This document shows, piece by piece, positions 27,080 through 39,849 of a DNA stretch of 64,000 bases. The DNA lies in assembly GCA_964016885.1 (NCBI GenBank), contig OZ024748.1:17112001-17176000 (forward strand). The letters are read 5' to 3'. This DNA is from Eledone cirrhosa (taxonomy: Eukaryota). The position numbers and the translations under genes were made by a program. The notes beneath the pieces were generated by a model that saw nothing but the letters and a program-made list of their open reading frames with translations, was not told where the DNA came from and searched no databases. Each line of letters opens with the position of its first letter. The first letter of the stretch is position 1.

Positions 27080-27337
27080 ATCATCATCATCATTTTACGT
27101 CCGCTTTTCCCTGCTTGCAAAGGTGGGACGGGAACTGATTCTGGCTTGATTTCTACAGCTGGATGCCCTTCCTAACACCAACCTCCTTTACAGAGAGTGC
27201 TGGGTGCTTTTTTTTGGCACCTCCACGACCACTTTGCAGTGGAATGATATGGACCCCAGTCCCTATCATCTCATTTCTACAGCTGAGTAAACTGGAGCAA
27301 TGTGAAATAAAATGTCTTGCTCAAGGAAACAACACAT
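27080..27337 (-). mobile_element. Composite SINE B+C, head truncated
   Basis: Reverse complement of 40715-40970. Confidence 0.8.
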
Positions 27338-27954
27338 ATATATATATATGTATCTGTGTAAATATGTGTGTGTGTGTGTTATCCTTCTTGTTGACTTTCT
27401 TGCTACATAGATACATATTTACACACACACAAACACACACACATATATATAGGAATAGGTGGGTTTAATGGGAATTGAATGCAGCATGAAAAGATAGAAA
27501 GTTTTATATAAGATAAAAGTGCTCCATGTTTCAAGTAAATGCAACATGTTATAAAGGATAACATGGGTCAAAGATGATATGGAACAAAATTGTTGAATAA
27601 TGATCACAAATAACTAAAGATGACACTGAGGTGAGCTGCTGGGTGAGATGATATAATGCAAATGACTCACTCATCTCTGCAATAATTATAACATAATAAT
27701 GAAATTATTGTGTAAAGTGCTCAGGTGCACTACAACTCGTCAAAGGTGTATGTATAGTACATAGAATAATACACAAATGTCAGGGAAGTACATGTGTGTG
27801 TGTGTGTGTGTTAGCTGTAGTGTTGGCAGATCTCGGGAAGCATGGAGGCCTTAAAGGATGCAGTGTCTCGACAGCTAACAACTGATGCAGGTAGTGATTA
27901 AGTTTCAGAAAGCTAGTACAATGTAGCAGAAATATATAATGGCAAAGGATGACA

Positions 27955-28233
27955 AATAAAATAAAACAAAACAATGTAATGTTTTATCCAGTATATTTCA
28001 ACATATTTCAGGACTAAACCCCCTTTTCAAATGTGAAAGGAAAATGGTTCAAAACAAAAATCAACGGTCAACAAATTCTTTCCTAACTCATCTAAGTGCA
28101 ATTAGAGAACACCACATCGATCGTTTGTCTTTGTTTTGAACTGTTTTCATTTTGCATTTGAAAAGAGGGTTTTAGCCCTGAAATATCGTGTTGAAATATA
28201 CTGGGTAAAACATTGTTTTGTTTTTTTTTATTT
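27955..28233. repeat. Old diverged inverted repeat (about 110-bp arms)
   Basis: ccagtatatttcaaca / tgttgaaatatactgg, cttttcaaatg / catttgaaaag, gttcaaaacaaa / tttgttttgaac. Confidence 0.75.
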
Positions 28234-29399
28234 CCTATTATTCTATGAATTTTAATACACGCGCGCTTCAAACTCGATCTTTGAGATAACTTTATATATA
28301 TATATATATATATGATATAGATAGTGATAATAATCATAATGGTGATAATGATGATGATGATGATGATGGTGTTGCTGGTGGTGTTAGAAGTGAAAATGAG
28401 GAGGATGTTGAGAGACATATATATATATATATATATAATGTGTGTTTGTAAATATACATACATGTATACGTGTATAGTGTGTTTGTGAGGCCATCTTCTA
28501 TGGCAGTCAAATGATGATGACAATGATTCTATGATAAGTTTTATTACAAATGATTTATTAGAATCATTTTCACGGATCTCAAGAAATGTTTAGCAGAACC
28601 GATGGCAGATTGAGACAATCAGAACCATGAAATATATCAGCAGAGAAGTGGTTAAAGTGCCATGAAAGAAAGAAAAAAATAAAAGAATTGTGGGAATATA
28701 ATAGATACAAGTGAGGGAGAATTATAATCGGAATTCTATATACCTATAGACATTCTGGTATATAATTCTTCTTAGAAAATGAATAGCAAGTGCTCAGCTG
28801 TATGAGATATAATAGAACGACTATGCTTAACTATTTCAGAATAACATGGAATTCTAAAGAGTTTTATAAAGAACGCAAATGAAAAAGATAAGGATAATAT
28901 TAAATAAAAACACACACATACACACACACACACACAAAGCCAAAAAAAAAGAACACATTTAACATCATTTCAGGTAGGTTTGAAAATGTAGTTCTGCCCC
29001 GCAGCAAAAGACTTTCATGTTTTAGATTATTTGTTTCTAAATCTTGTTGCCTGTGTTTTTTATTTTTTTGGTTCTTTTATTTATTCTTTGTCCAATGACG
29101 TAAAAATATGAATAAGTTGTTCAGTGGAAAAAAAAAAAAAATCTTTTCCACCAGATAGAGAAACGCAAAGATTTCTGGAGATCTGAAAATAGATTCATGC
29201 TTAAGGCAAAGACAATTGAAAGAAACTCATTGAGACAGTGGTTAAGATGATTCCATTCTAAGACATTCTATCTCAACTTACATTTACAGTTGACACTTCT
29301 CTGTACATGTACATGTACACGTATACGCCAATACGCTCATTTAATCATGGAAAAACAGACACATGAAAAAAATATGTAAACATCTTTTTTTTATTCTTT

Positions 29400-30144
29400 A
29401 TGCATATATATAATATATATATATATATACACATACATATATATATATATGTGTGTGTGTATGTATATATTTGTGTGTGTGTATATATTTGTGTGTGTAC
29501 ATATATATGTCTGTGTATGTATATATATATGTGTGTGTGTATACATGTATACATATGTGAGTGTATGCATTTGTGTGTATATATATTATATATATGTGTA
29601 TGTGTATACATTTGTGTGCATACATGTATACATATGTCTGTGTATGCATTTGTGTGCATATATATATGTATTATATATATATGTGTGTGTGTGTATATAT
29701 ATATATATGCGCATGCATGTATATATATATATATATATATGCGTGTGTGTGTATGTTTGTGTGTGTATATGTTTGTGTATATATATATATATATATATGC
29801 GCGTGTGTGTGACATATATACACACAAACATATATATATACACACACACACGTGCATATATATATATATACACAAACATATACACACACATATACACACA
29901 CAAACATATATACACACAAACATAAATATGTGTGTGTATATGTGTGTGTATGTGTATATGTGTGTGTGTATGTATATGTGTGTGTGTGTATATATATGTG
30001 TATGTATATATGTGTGTGTGTGTGTATGTATATATATATGTGTGTGTGTATGTATATATTTATGTATGTGTATGTATATATTTATGTATGTGTATGTATA
30101 TATATGTATGTGTATATATGTATATATGTGTGTGTGTATATATA

Positions 30145-30183
<39 letters not shown>
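29400..30183. repeat. (TA)/(TG)/(CA) compound microsatellite
   Basis: Direct reading. Confidence 0.95.
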
Positions 30184-30189
<6 letters not shown>

Positions 30190-30375
30190 AAGGAATTGTG
30201 GTAAGGAACCAGATGGACCATAACGTACCAGAGTACTCAATACTTAGGGTAGTAGAGTGGGAAATAGGAAAAAGTATGACCCCGACGGCAGAGCTCAAGC
30301 CGTTTCGACGGCTATTTCTAGAAATAGTCGTCGAAACGACTTGAGCTCTGCCGTCGGGGTCATACTTTTTCCTAT
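30184..30375 (-). mobile_element. Fold-back element family F
   Basis: Palindrome 30264-30375 with no loop (tttctagaaa) plus an 80-bp tail; (TA)n on both sides. Confidence 0.85.
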
Positions 30376-30796
30376 ATATATATATATACATATATGTGTG
30401 TGTGTGTATGTGTGTGTGTATATGTAGATACATGTATTCTTTATCTCTTTTGGTAAAATTCCTCCAAGAACATGAAGCCAGTTGTCTCCATTGTAGAAAT
30501 GGAGTGTTGCTTCAAATTACTTTTTTTGTGTTGTTTATGAGATATTGGGAAGATGTAGATGCATACACATTAAAGCCGAAATATTGGAATTAGTTCATCT
30601 GGCACTGCTTGTATCATAGGTTCTTCTAGTGATGATTAATCTTCTATGAGATTTGATGATGAACATTGTCATTCGATCAAATGTACATCTATCTCATAAA
30701 GTAATGCATAAGTTTCTTGAATATTCCTCTGATATATGTACCCTTTACCCTTTTGGGAGCAATCTATTGGTCCTAAAATGGCCTTGGTTTGGTTTT

Positions 30797-31155
30797 ATAA
30801 CCCTTTAGCTTTTACATTACTTTATATTTACGCATAGTTACGTCCCTTAACGATCTGAGTTCAAATCCCGCTGAGGTTGACTTTGCCTTTCATCCTTACG
30901 GGGTCGATAAAATAAAGTACCAGTAATGCACTGGGGAATTGCTGGCCTTGTGCCAAAAAGTAGAAACAATTACTTTATATTTACTATTATATTTTTTAGG
31001 TAAAGTTTTTACTTCACATAATATTGAATCTATGAGATTTTGATATTATTTATTTTCAGAACAATACCTTAATGTCAGTATGAGTGGCTGGTTATGGCCA
31101 GTTTGAACAGAAAAAGGTGAGAGAATTCTGGCTGGTTTAAATGCTAAAGGGTTAA
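30797..31155 (+). mobile_element. MITE P1 containing a 5'-truncated SINE A (30832-30968) with a 16-bp TSD
   Basis: TSD attactttatatttac at 30816 and 30969; right end TAAATGCTAAAGGGTTAA. Confidence 0.85.
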
Positions 31156-31296
31156 CCATTTAGTTTCCAACCCAGCCAAAGCTTGTAAAAAAACCCACCC
31201 ATTTTAAACGTTTCCAATTTCAATTAAAATCTTCCAACATAATTCTATATAAGAACCTAACATTAAGATATTATCTCAGCATAGAAATAATAATTT

Positions 31297-31435
31297 CAGC
31301 ATAGTTACTTCCCTTTACGGTCTGAGTTCAAATTCCGTTGAGGTTAACTTTGCTTTTCATCCTTACCAGGTCGATAAAATAAAGTACCAGTAATGAACTG
31401 GGTAATTGCTGGCCTTGTGCCAAAAGTAGAAACAA
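31297..31435 (+). mobile_element. 5'-truncated SINE A with a TSD of about 27 bp
   Basis: attatctYagcatagaaataataattt flanks both sides. Confidence 0.85.
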
Positions 31436-31490
31436 TTATCTTAGCATAGAAATAATAATTTTAGTAAATCCCTCAAAATTTTTCATTAAT

Positions 31491-31858
31491 TACCATATTT
31501 CCTGGCGCTGAAGACGCTTCTTCCCTGAGGACACACCCTAATTTTTTACAACCAAAAATTTGAGAAAATATAATTGTTTCTACTTTAGGCACAAGGCCAG
31601 CAATTACCCAGTGCATTACTGGTACTTTATTTTATCGACCCCGTAAGGATGAAAGGCAAAGTCAACCTCGGCGGGATTTGAACTCGGATCGTAAAGGGAC
31701 GTAACTATGCTGGAAAGCATGGCGTCCGACCCTCTACCGATACTGCCAATCCACCGCCGAGAAAAAATAATAAACAAGCTTCGGCCTTCAGGACGCACGG
31801 TAGGTTTTTGAGACTTATTTTAGGAAAAAGTAGCGTCTTCAACGCTGGGAAATACGGT
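31491..31858. mobile_element. Tc1/mariner (pogo-like) MITE with SINE A (31572-31760, minus) inserted
   Basis: TA-CCATATTTCCTGGCGCTGAAGACGCT ... AGCGTCTTCAACGCTGGGAAATACGG TIRs. Confidence 0.75.
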
Positions 31859-32694
31859 GATTAAAATAGTGTATTCCATTAGAAATGCGGTCATTTATAT
31901 TTATCTGAACACCTTCCTTTAAATAAAATAGGTGCATGATAGTGAAAGGGTTAGCCTCTCTTGCTATATAGTAATTGTATCACTGATTTAATGCATTATT
32001 TGTATTAATCTCCTGTGTCTTACAATTAACTTGTTAATAATTTCTATTTACAGGTTAATTGTATAAGAAAATTTTAAAACCACTCGGTTGAGAATTTATT
32101 CGATTTGTGCTATTTATGCTATTTTTTGCATGATTTACACTTACTGAATTACTTTGCCAAAATCTGGGGTTATTCTCCTTGTGATTTCCACACGTGGTTT
32201 AACTTACCACCATGTCATTCACTTATTTGGTACAGAGCGAAATACCTGTTGATAACGTGATATTCCTTGTTCGATCATTATACCCAAAGCTTATATTTTT
32301 AAGCAGACTGTATTTTGATTTAGGTGTCACAGAAACTCTACATCGGATTTTTACAGCAATTCCGGGAGTCCAAGTCTGGTTATCATTTATTTTTTATCAT
32401 TTATTTTGTTTTGACCTGTTTAGCTTGATTTAGTTTTTGGCTTGGGTGGTTAATGCCTTCTTGACCACCTTTCCAGTTTTGTATGGCTTCTTAACACATT
32501 GTTTAGCTCTGGTTTTTAACTATTGAGCACTTTGCCAGTATCATTTCTGATTTTTGTGTTTCACTTCGCTTTTCCTACCCGCCGAAATGCGATTCTCGCT
32601 GAATCTTTATTTGTATATACCCTTGCAAGCAGGGAAAAGCGGACGTAAAATGATGATGAATGATGATGATATATATATATATATATATATATAT

Positions 32695-32817
32695 GTAACA
32701 AAGGAAGTGCAGTAAGGAACCAGATGGACCATAATGCATCAGAGTACTCAATACAGGTCCAGAAATAGCCGTCGAAATGGCTTGAGCTCTGCCGCCGGGG
32801 TCTTGAACATTTTCCTA
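32695..32817 (-). mobile_element. Family F copy with one palindrome arm deleted
   Basis: The tail jumps from gagtactcaatac directly to gtccagaaatagccgtcgaaa. Confidence 0.75.
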
Positions 32818-32831
32818 TATATATATATGTA

Positions 32832-32862
<31 letters not shown>

Positions 32863-33026
32863 TATAAATCTCTTGCACTCTTATAAATATAATATTCTGT
32901 CAGTTAAATATGCCTAATTTCTTTTATTTCAAAAGTGAGGTAAAACATGTTGAAATGTAGGTTATTATAAATGTTCAAGACATAGTATATATACATATAT
33001 CATTTATATAAATATATATAATATTT

Positions 33027-33056
<30 letters not shown>

Positions 33057-33058
<2 letters not shown>

Positions 33059-33213
33059 TGTCAACATTTATTCTACTTGATACTTTGTTATGTCTTTACT
33101 AAGATATATATAATATATATTTATATATATGTATATAATATATATATATATAATATATATATCTCTTAGTAAAGACATAACATAAAGTATCAAGTAGAAT
33201 AAATATTGACAAT
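33057..33213. repeat. Inverted repeat with about 50-bp arms around a (TA)-rich loop
   Basis: attgtcaacatttattctacttgatacttt-gttatgtctttactaaga pairs with 33164-33213. Confidence 0.9.
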
Positions 33214-33529
33214 TCCTATAACCTGAAACTGAAAACTGAGACAGGAAATAATAATGTTTGTGTTGGTGTTTTTACCGTAATAGCTTTTTTAAAAATTTCA
33301 AAATGAATATCGTTCGTTAAATATAAAATAAATAGAAGTTTTTATATTTAAAATAAAATGAAAAGCTTGTTTTAATAAATATCGTTTGTCGTATATCATT
33401 CTTTCTTAAACAAAATAAATATTTTTCATTATATCATTACCATCAGCATCATCAACATCAGCCATATATAATGTCTGCTATATGTTATATATATAAAATA
33501 ATTATTTTTTAATAAATAGTGCTTTTCAC

Positions 33530-33570
<41 letters not shown>

Positions 33571-33622
33571 ATATATATATGGGTGTGTGTGTATATATAT
33601 ATGTGTGTGTGTGCGTGCGTGA

Positions 33623-33656
<34 letters not shown>

Positions 33657-34399
33657 ATGAATATATGTGTGTATATGTGTGTGTGTATGAATATGTGTGT
33701 GTATATGTGTGTGTGTGTATATGTGTGTATGTATGTGTGTGTGTGTATATATATATATATGTGTGTGTGTATATATATATATATATATGTGTGTGTGTAT
33801 ATATATATATATGTATGTGTGTGTATATATATATGTGTGTGTGTGTGTGTATATATGTGTGTGCGTGTATATATATACATATATATGTGTGTGTGTGTAT
33901 ATCTATATGTGTGTGTGTGTGTATATCTATATGTGTGTGTGTGTGTGTATCTATATGTGTGTGTGTATATATGTATATATATTTTTTTAAATAAAACATA
34001 TATTGATTGTTGTTTAACATTTTTTTTTTTAAGCTACCAGCTGAAATTTAATTCTATATTAGACTTTTTATAGAATATTTCCAGTCTTGCAGAAAAAAAC
34101 CGTAAAGAGAAAAATAAAAAAAAAGTTAACCAAGCAAAATAATAATAATAATAATAATAATATTAAAAATTACCAGAGCAAAACAAAAAAACTAAGGAAT
34201 GATGCCAATGAATCGTGTTTGATTTTCAACCAGTGTTTTTTTAATATTGTCAGAAATAGTGCTTGGACAAAGAGTTTTATAATTATTCTATAATTGCTCC
34301 CAGCAATAATTATTGCTAATCAAAAGTATGTTTGCCTGTTTGAAATAGAACAAACATTTTTCTTAATAGTACACACATGCATACACACACACACACATT

Positions 34400-34668
34400 A
34401 TCATCATCATTTAATGTCCGTTTTCCATGCTAGCATGGTTTGGACATGTTGTCCTCTTGTGAGAGATCCAAGTCAGGGGACCGTGTTTGCTCACACAGAA
34501 TTGATTTTGGCTTGGTTTCTACAGCTGGATGCCCTTCCTTATTCCAACCTCATTTACAGTGTGTACTGGGTGCTTATTATAGTGAAACATAGTCAACCAC
34601 TTTACAGTGTGGGCGGGACGCTTTTTATCATGACTCCTACATGACCACTTTACAGTGTGGGCTGGGTG

Positions 34669-34710
<42 letters not shown>

Positions 34711-35000
34711 TCAGTAGGCCTCTCTTAACCCAATATACACCCCACCCACACATCCTAGCCATTCTCCAATTTCCGTCCACTGGAAAATGGTTGTGTAGGA
34801 GACACGGTAAAAAAGGATTCCATTTCACACTGTACATGTGGTTGGTGTTAGGAAGAAGGCATCCAGCTGTAGAAAACCTGCCAGGGACAGTTCTGTACAA
34901 GTGAGACACGGCCTCCCGACCAATCTCGCCTCAAGTGGAACAAAACTATCCAACCCATGCTAGCCCGGAAGATGGACGTTAAATGATGATGATGATGGTG
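34400..35000. mobile_element. Two SINE C copies in divergent orientation (34400-34670 minus, 34780-35000 plus)
   Basis: Meta-like domain and RTE tail in each. Confidence 0.65.
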
Positions 35001-35025
35001 ATTATATATATATATATATATATAT

Positions 35026-35216
35026 AATTGTTTGTACTTTTTGGCACAAAGCCAGCAAATACCCAGTGCATTACTGGTACTTTATTTTATCGACCCCGTA
35101 AGGATGAAAGGCAAAGTTAACCACGGCGGGATTTGAACTCAAAACGGCAAGGGCCGTAACTCAATGCGTCAAAGCATCGCTTCCGAGCCTCTACCGATAC
35201 TGCCAATCCACCACCC
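35026..35216 (-). mobile_element. SINE family A
   Basis: Reverse complement of the family consensus seen in the window. Confidence 0.85.
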
Positions 35217-35443
35217 TTTGTGTGAATATAAGTGCAGTGATAGCTGTGTGGTTAAAGAGTTTGTTCCACAACCACAGCTTTCTGGGTTCAGATCCACTGC
35301 ATAGCACCTTTTGCAAGTATAATCTATTGTTGCCTCGGGCTGACCAATACATTGAGTAGTATTCAATAGACACTAACTAAAAAAGCCCATTATGTGTATA
35401 TCTATAAGAACTAGCCCCGACATTTTATAATATATATATATAT

Positions 35444-35659
35444 ATAGGAACGAGTAGGACCCCGACGGCTGAGCTCAAGCCGTTTTGACGGCTAATTCTG
35501 GACTAAAATCGTCCAGAATTTTAGTCCAGAATTAGCCGTCGAAACGGCTTGAGCTCAGCCGTCGGGGTCCTACTCGTTCCTATTACCCACTCCACTACCC
35601 TAAGTATTGAGTACTTTGGTGCGTTATGGTCCACCTGGTTCCTTACCACATTTCCTTTG

Positions 35660-35661
<2 letters not shown>
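35444..35661 (+). mobile_element. Fold-back element family F (young copy)
   Basis: Palindrome 35444-35583 plus tail, embedded in (TA)n. Confidence 0.85.
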
Positions 35662-35694
<33 letters not shown>

Positions 35695-36009
35695 ATGATA
35701 TATAATAAAATAATTATGGTTTTATAAATATGGTTTCCATTTATTAATATATTGAATATTTACTCCAGTAACCTGTGGAGTGCTTTATATTAGTTATAAA
35801 ACTTTTAAGCGTGTTGAATCCCAACAAATTAAATATAACTTCTGCATATATATATATATTATAAAATGTCGGGACTAGTTCTTGAAATGGCAAGAGCTCA
35901 GCCATCGGGGTCCTAACTCTTTATAATATAACCATACTCTACTACCCCATGTATCGAGTACTCTGATGAGTAATGGTCCAACCAGTTTCAAACTGGTTCT
36001 ATCCTGATT

Positions 36010-36051
<42 letters not shown>

Positions 36052-36052
<1 letters not shown>

Positions 36053-36300
36053 TGAAGGCGCATGGCTTAGTGGTTAAAGCATTGGGCTTGCAATCGAAAT
36101 GTTGTGAGTTCAATTCTTGGACTGGGTGATGTGTTGTTTCCTTGAGCAAGACACTTTATTTCACGTTGCTCCAGTTTACTCAGCTGTAAAAATGAGTACC
36201 AGCCTGCCCGCCCAGCCAGTGGCATGGTGTTATCTTATGGCTAAAACAGCACGACGTGCTGTGACCAGCGGCGCCCGACAGACTCGTCGTTCAAGGTGAT
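36052..36300 (+). mobile_element. SINE B (CORE-like) with its own 3' tail
   Basis: Head and core as at 14713, with a different tail after cagctgtaaaaatgag. Confidence 0.75.
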
Positions 36301-36784
36301 ATATATATATATATATATATATATTTCGTCTGCGACTTCACAAAACTTACGTTTACTGAATTCGTAGAACAGACCCCTTTATCTTCTTCTTCTTCTTCTT
36401 CTTCTTCCTCTTCTCTCCTTTTTCTCTCTCTCTTCCCCCCCCCCCCCGTCAAACTTGGGCGAAATTCTTTCCTTGCTCACATTTCAACCAGGTTTGATGG
36501 TCTTTTGTCTCTTGTTCACGATTTCACAGAGTTTATATTCATAGAGATCTGGGACTTGTCTATTTCTACTCACTTTCCGTTGCTAAAACTTTTTTGTTGT
36601 TACTCTGGCGTCCCCCTTTATTTACGTGTCCCAACGACTTTTTTTAGCCGTTGTTCGCACCAACCCGAGGCATATGGCCCTTAAAGCGATGAAATGCCCA
36701 GGACGGTTGGAGGGTCACTGATGAAGGACTCACTTTTTCATATGTATCCCATTTGCAACGCCGCAGCTCCATTATTATCATATT

Positions 36785-36833
<49 letters not shown>

Positions 36834-37484
36834 CCACATGGAAAAGGAAGCAACAAACCAAATGAAGTAGATTAGTTTTATGCTTAATGTAGTAGGAAAA
36901 AAGCCTTAACATTTTAGACACTAGTATTTCATTAGAAGATAGAATGAGATGTAAACAATGAAATATAAAGATGAAATACACACACGCATGCACACTTGTG
37001 TGTGTGTTTGTTTTATACCTTAGTGATTCAACATGAAAGAGATTGAGAAAATGAGTTTCAGACTTGAAAAAAAAGTAATTCCTAGGGTTTATATGATTGA
37101 CTAAATTAAGTCCTAGCTACAGTCTAATGACTAAAATAAGTCAAACTAATAGATAACAAAAATAAAAGATTCTACTTGTTTACTTGAACAGTTGTTTTAA
37201 TAATTTTCGAAATTAAATGAAATGTTGCAAAACACATAATTTGAATTTCTTTTTTCTTTTGAAATATAATTTTTTATTTTTTTATTTTGAGGGATTTTAT
37301 TTTTTTCTTCATCATTTTCACAATTTTTCTGTCAAATTGCTGCATCTTCATGAAATGAAGCAGAAAATTGAAAGGATGCGACAACAACAATTTATTAAAG
37401 AATTAATCAACATAAACAACACTGTCAACATAATTTCAAATTTTTAGTTTTATATTTTTAGATTGGTTTGTTTGGAGGAGTTTA

Positions 37485-37835
37485 TATAGTACAGTGCAGT
37501 TCATTATTGTACAATATCATATAGTACAGTAGAATAGAGTATAGTTCAGTATAGTATAATACAGGAGAATATAGTATAGTATAGTATAGTATAGTACAGC
37601 ACATTACAGCACAGTTAATTACAGTATAGTACAGTACAGTTCATTATTGTACAATATCATATAGTACAGTAGAAGAAGTATAGTTCATACAGTATAATAT
37701 AGTACAGTAGAATAGAGTATAGTATAGTACATTACAGTACAGTATAGTATAGTACAGTGCAGCACAGTACATTTCACTACAGTACAGTACAATAGAGTAC
37801 AGTAGAGAAAAATACAGCAGAGTACAGAACATTAT
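37485..37835. repeat. (TAGTA/CAGTA) pentamer repeat
   Basis: Direct reading. Confidence 0.85.
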
Positions 37836-38052
37836 AGCATTCTTTTAACCTTTACCACGCTAGTAGTTTTTATATGTTGTTTCCCTTGACACTGCATTAT
37901 ATATTAAGGAGAGATTACTCATATCGTGCCATGTGTCACCCTCAGTGTGCTGAAGATTAAATAAATGAGGTAGTTGGCTGTGAAAAGGATGGAAATAACT
38001 GGCCTAGAGGCTCATTAGTCCAAAGCCAGTCCTGGGTTTATTGGCCGCATCT

Positions 38053-39343
38053 CTTTACCATTTACATTACTCTATATTTACTATTATATTTTCATGGTAA
38101 AGGCTTTACCTCACATACCATTTACATTACTCTATATTTACTATTATATTTTCATGGTAAAGGCTTTACCTCACATACCATTTACATTACTCTATATTTA
38201 CTATTATATTTTCATGGTAAAGGCTTTACCTCACATAACATTTACATTACTCTATATTTACTATTATATTTTCATGGTAAAGGCTTTACCTCACATAACA
38301 TTTACATTACTCTATATTTACTATTATATTTTCATGGTAAAGGCTTTACCTCACATACCATTTACATTACTCTATATTTACTATTATATTTTCATGGTAA
38401 AGGCTTTACCTCACATACCATTTACATTACTCTATATTTACTATTATATTTTCATGGTAAAGGCTTTACCTCACATACCATTTACATTACTCTATATTTA
38501 CTATTATATTTTCATGGTAAAGGCTTTACCTCACATACCATTTACATTACTCTATATTTACTATTATATTTTCATGGTAAAGGCTTTACCTCACATACCA
38601 TTTACATTACTCTATATTTACTATTATATTTTCATGGTAAAGGCTTTACCTCACATACCATTTACATTACTCTATATTTACTATTATATTTTCATGGTAA
38701 AGGCTTTACCTCACATACCATTTACATTACTCTATATTTACTATTATATTTTCATGGTAAAGGCTTTACCTCACATACCATTTACATTACTCTATATTTA
38801 CTATTATATTTTCATGTTAAAGACTTTACCTCACATAACATTTACATTACTCTATATTTACTATTATATTTTCATGGTGAAGGCCTTTCCTCACATAATA
38901 TCTCACATAACATTTACATTACTCGATATTTACTATTATATTTTTATGGTAAAGGCCTTTCCTCACATAATATCTCACATAACATTCACATTACTCTATA
39001 TTTACTATTATATTTTCATGGTAAAGGCCTTTCCTCACATAATATCTCACATACCATTTACATTACTCTATATTTACTATTATATTTTCATGGTAAAGGC
39101 CTTTCCTCACATAATATCTCACATACCATTTACATTACTCTATATTTACTATTATATTTTCATGGTAAAGGCCTTTCCTCACATAATTATCTCACATAAT
39201 ATTGAAGTTATAAGATTTTGATATTATTTATTTTGAGAACAATACCTTAACATCAGTATGAGCAGTTGGTTATGGCCAGTTTGAACAGAAAAAGGTGAGA
39301 GAATTCTGGCCGGTTATGGCCTGTTTAAATGCTAAAATGTTTA
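38053..39343 (+). repeat. 60-bp (later about 72-bp) minisatellite expanded inside a MITE P1
   Basis: Exact 60-bp period over 38053-38880; the unit equals the P1 5' body; the P1 3' half and TIR follow at 39180-39343. Confidence 0.95.
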
Positions 39344-39849
39344 ATCATTTCATCATTAGCCTAACACCCCACCTCCAGTCGTAGCTGGTATTGTTTTGTT
39401 TTATTCATGCTGGGGCCACATAAACTGAAGTGCTTTGCTCAAAAATACAAAAGGTGTTGCCCAGTCGTGGACCTGGAAAGCAGAATATTATAATCGGGAG
39501 CCCAACACTCTAACCACTAAATTGGGTACCATTTCTTCATCTTGATCATATCCAAATACAAACCATCCCTCGTTATACAGCAGGAATGAACTAGATAACT
39601 GAAGAACTTAGAGATAGCAATTAATTCAGTCATGGTTCGTTAAGTTGACTGGAAAGCATTATTCAAATGTCAGAAATAAAAATTAAAAAATATTAGGATA
39701 AGATATTTAAAAAACTGAATGCTTTCATCCTTTGTGAGAATGGAAATATTTTGGGGCATTATTTTATCGCACTATTTCAAACAGGCTTTGTCAGTCTTTG
39801 TGATGAAAGATTAAAGGATGACTTTAAACTACTGCAATAAAAACTATTG

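Noticed and set aside
38094-39221. 375-aa hydrophobic repeat ORF
   Set aside because: Translation of the MITE-derived 60-bp minisatellite.
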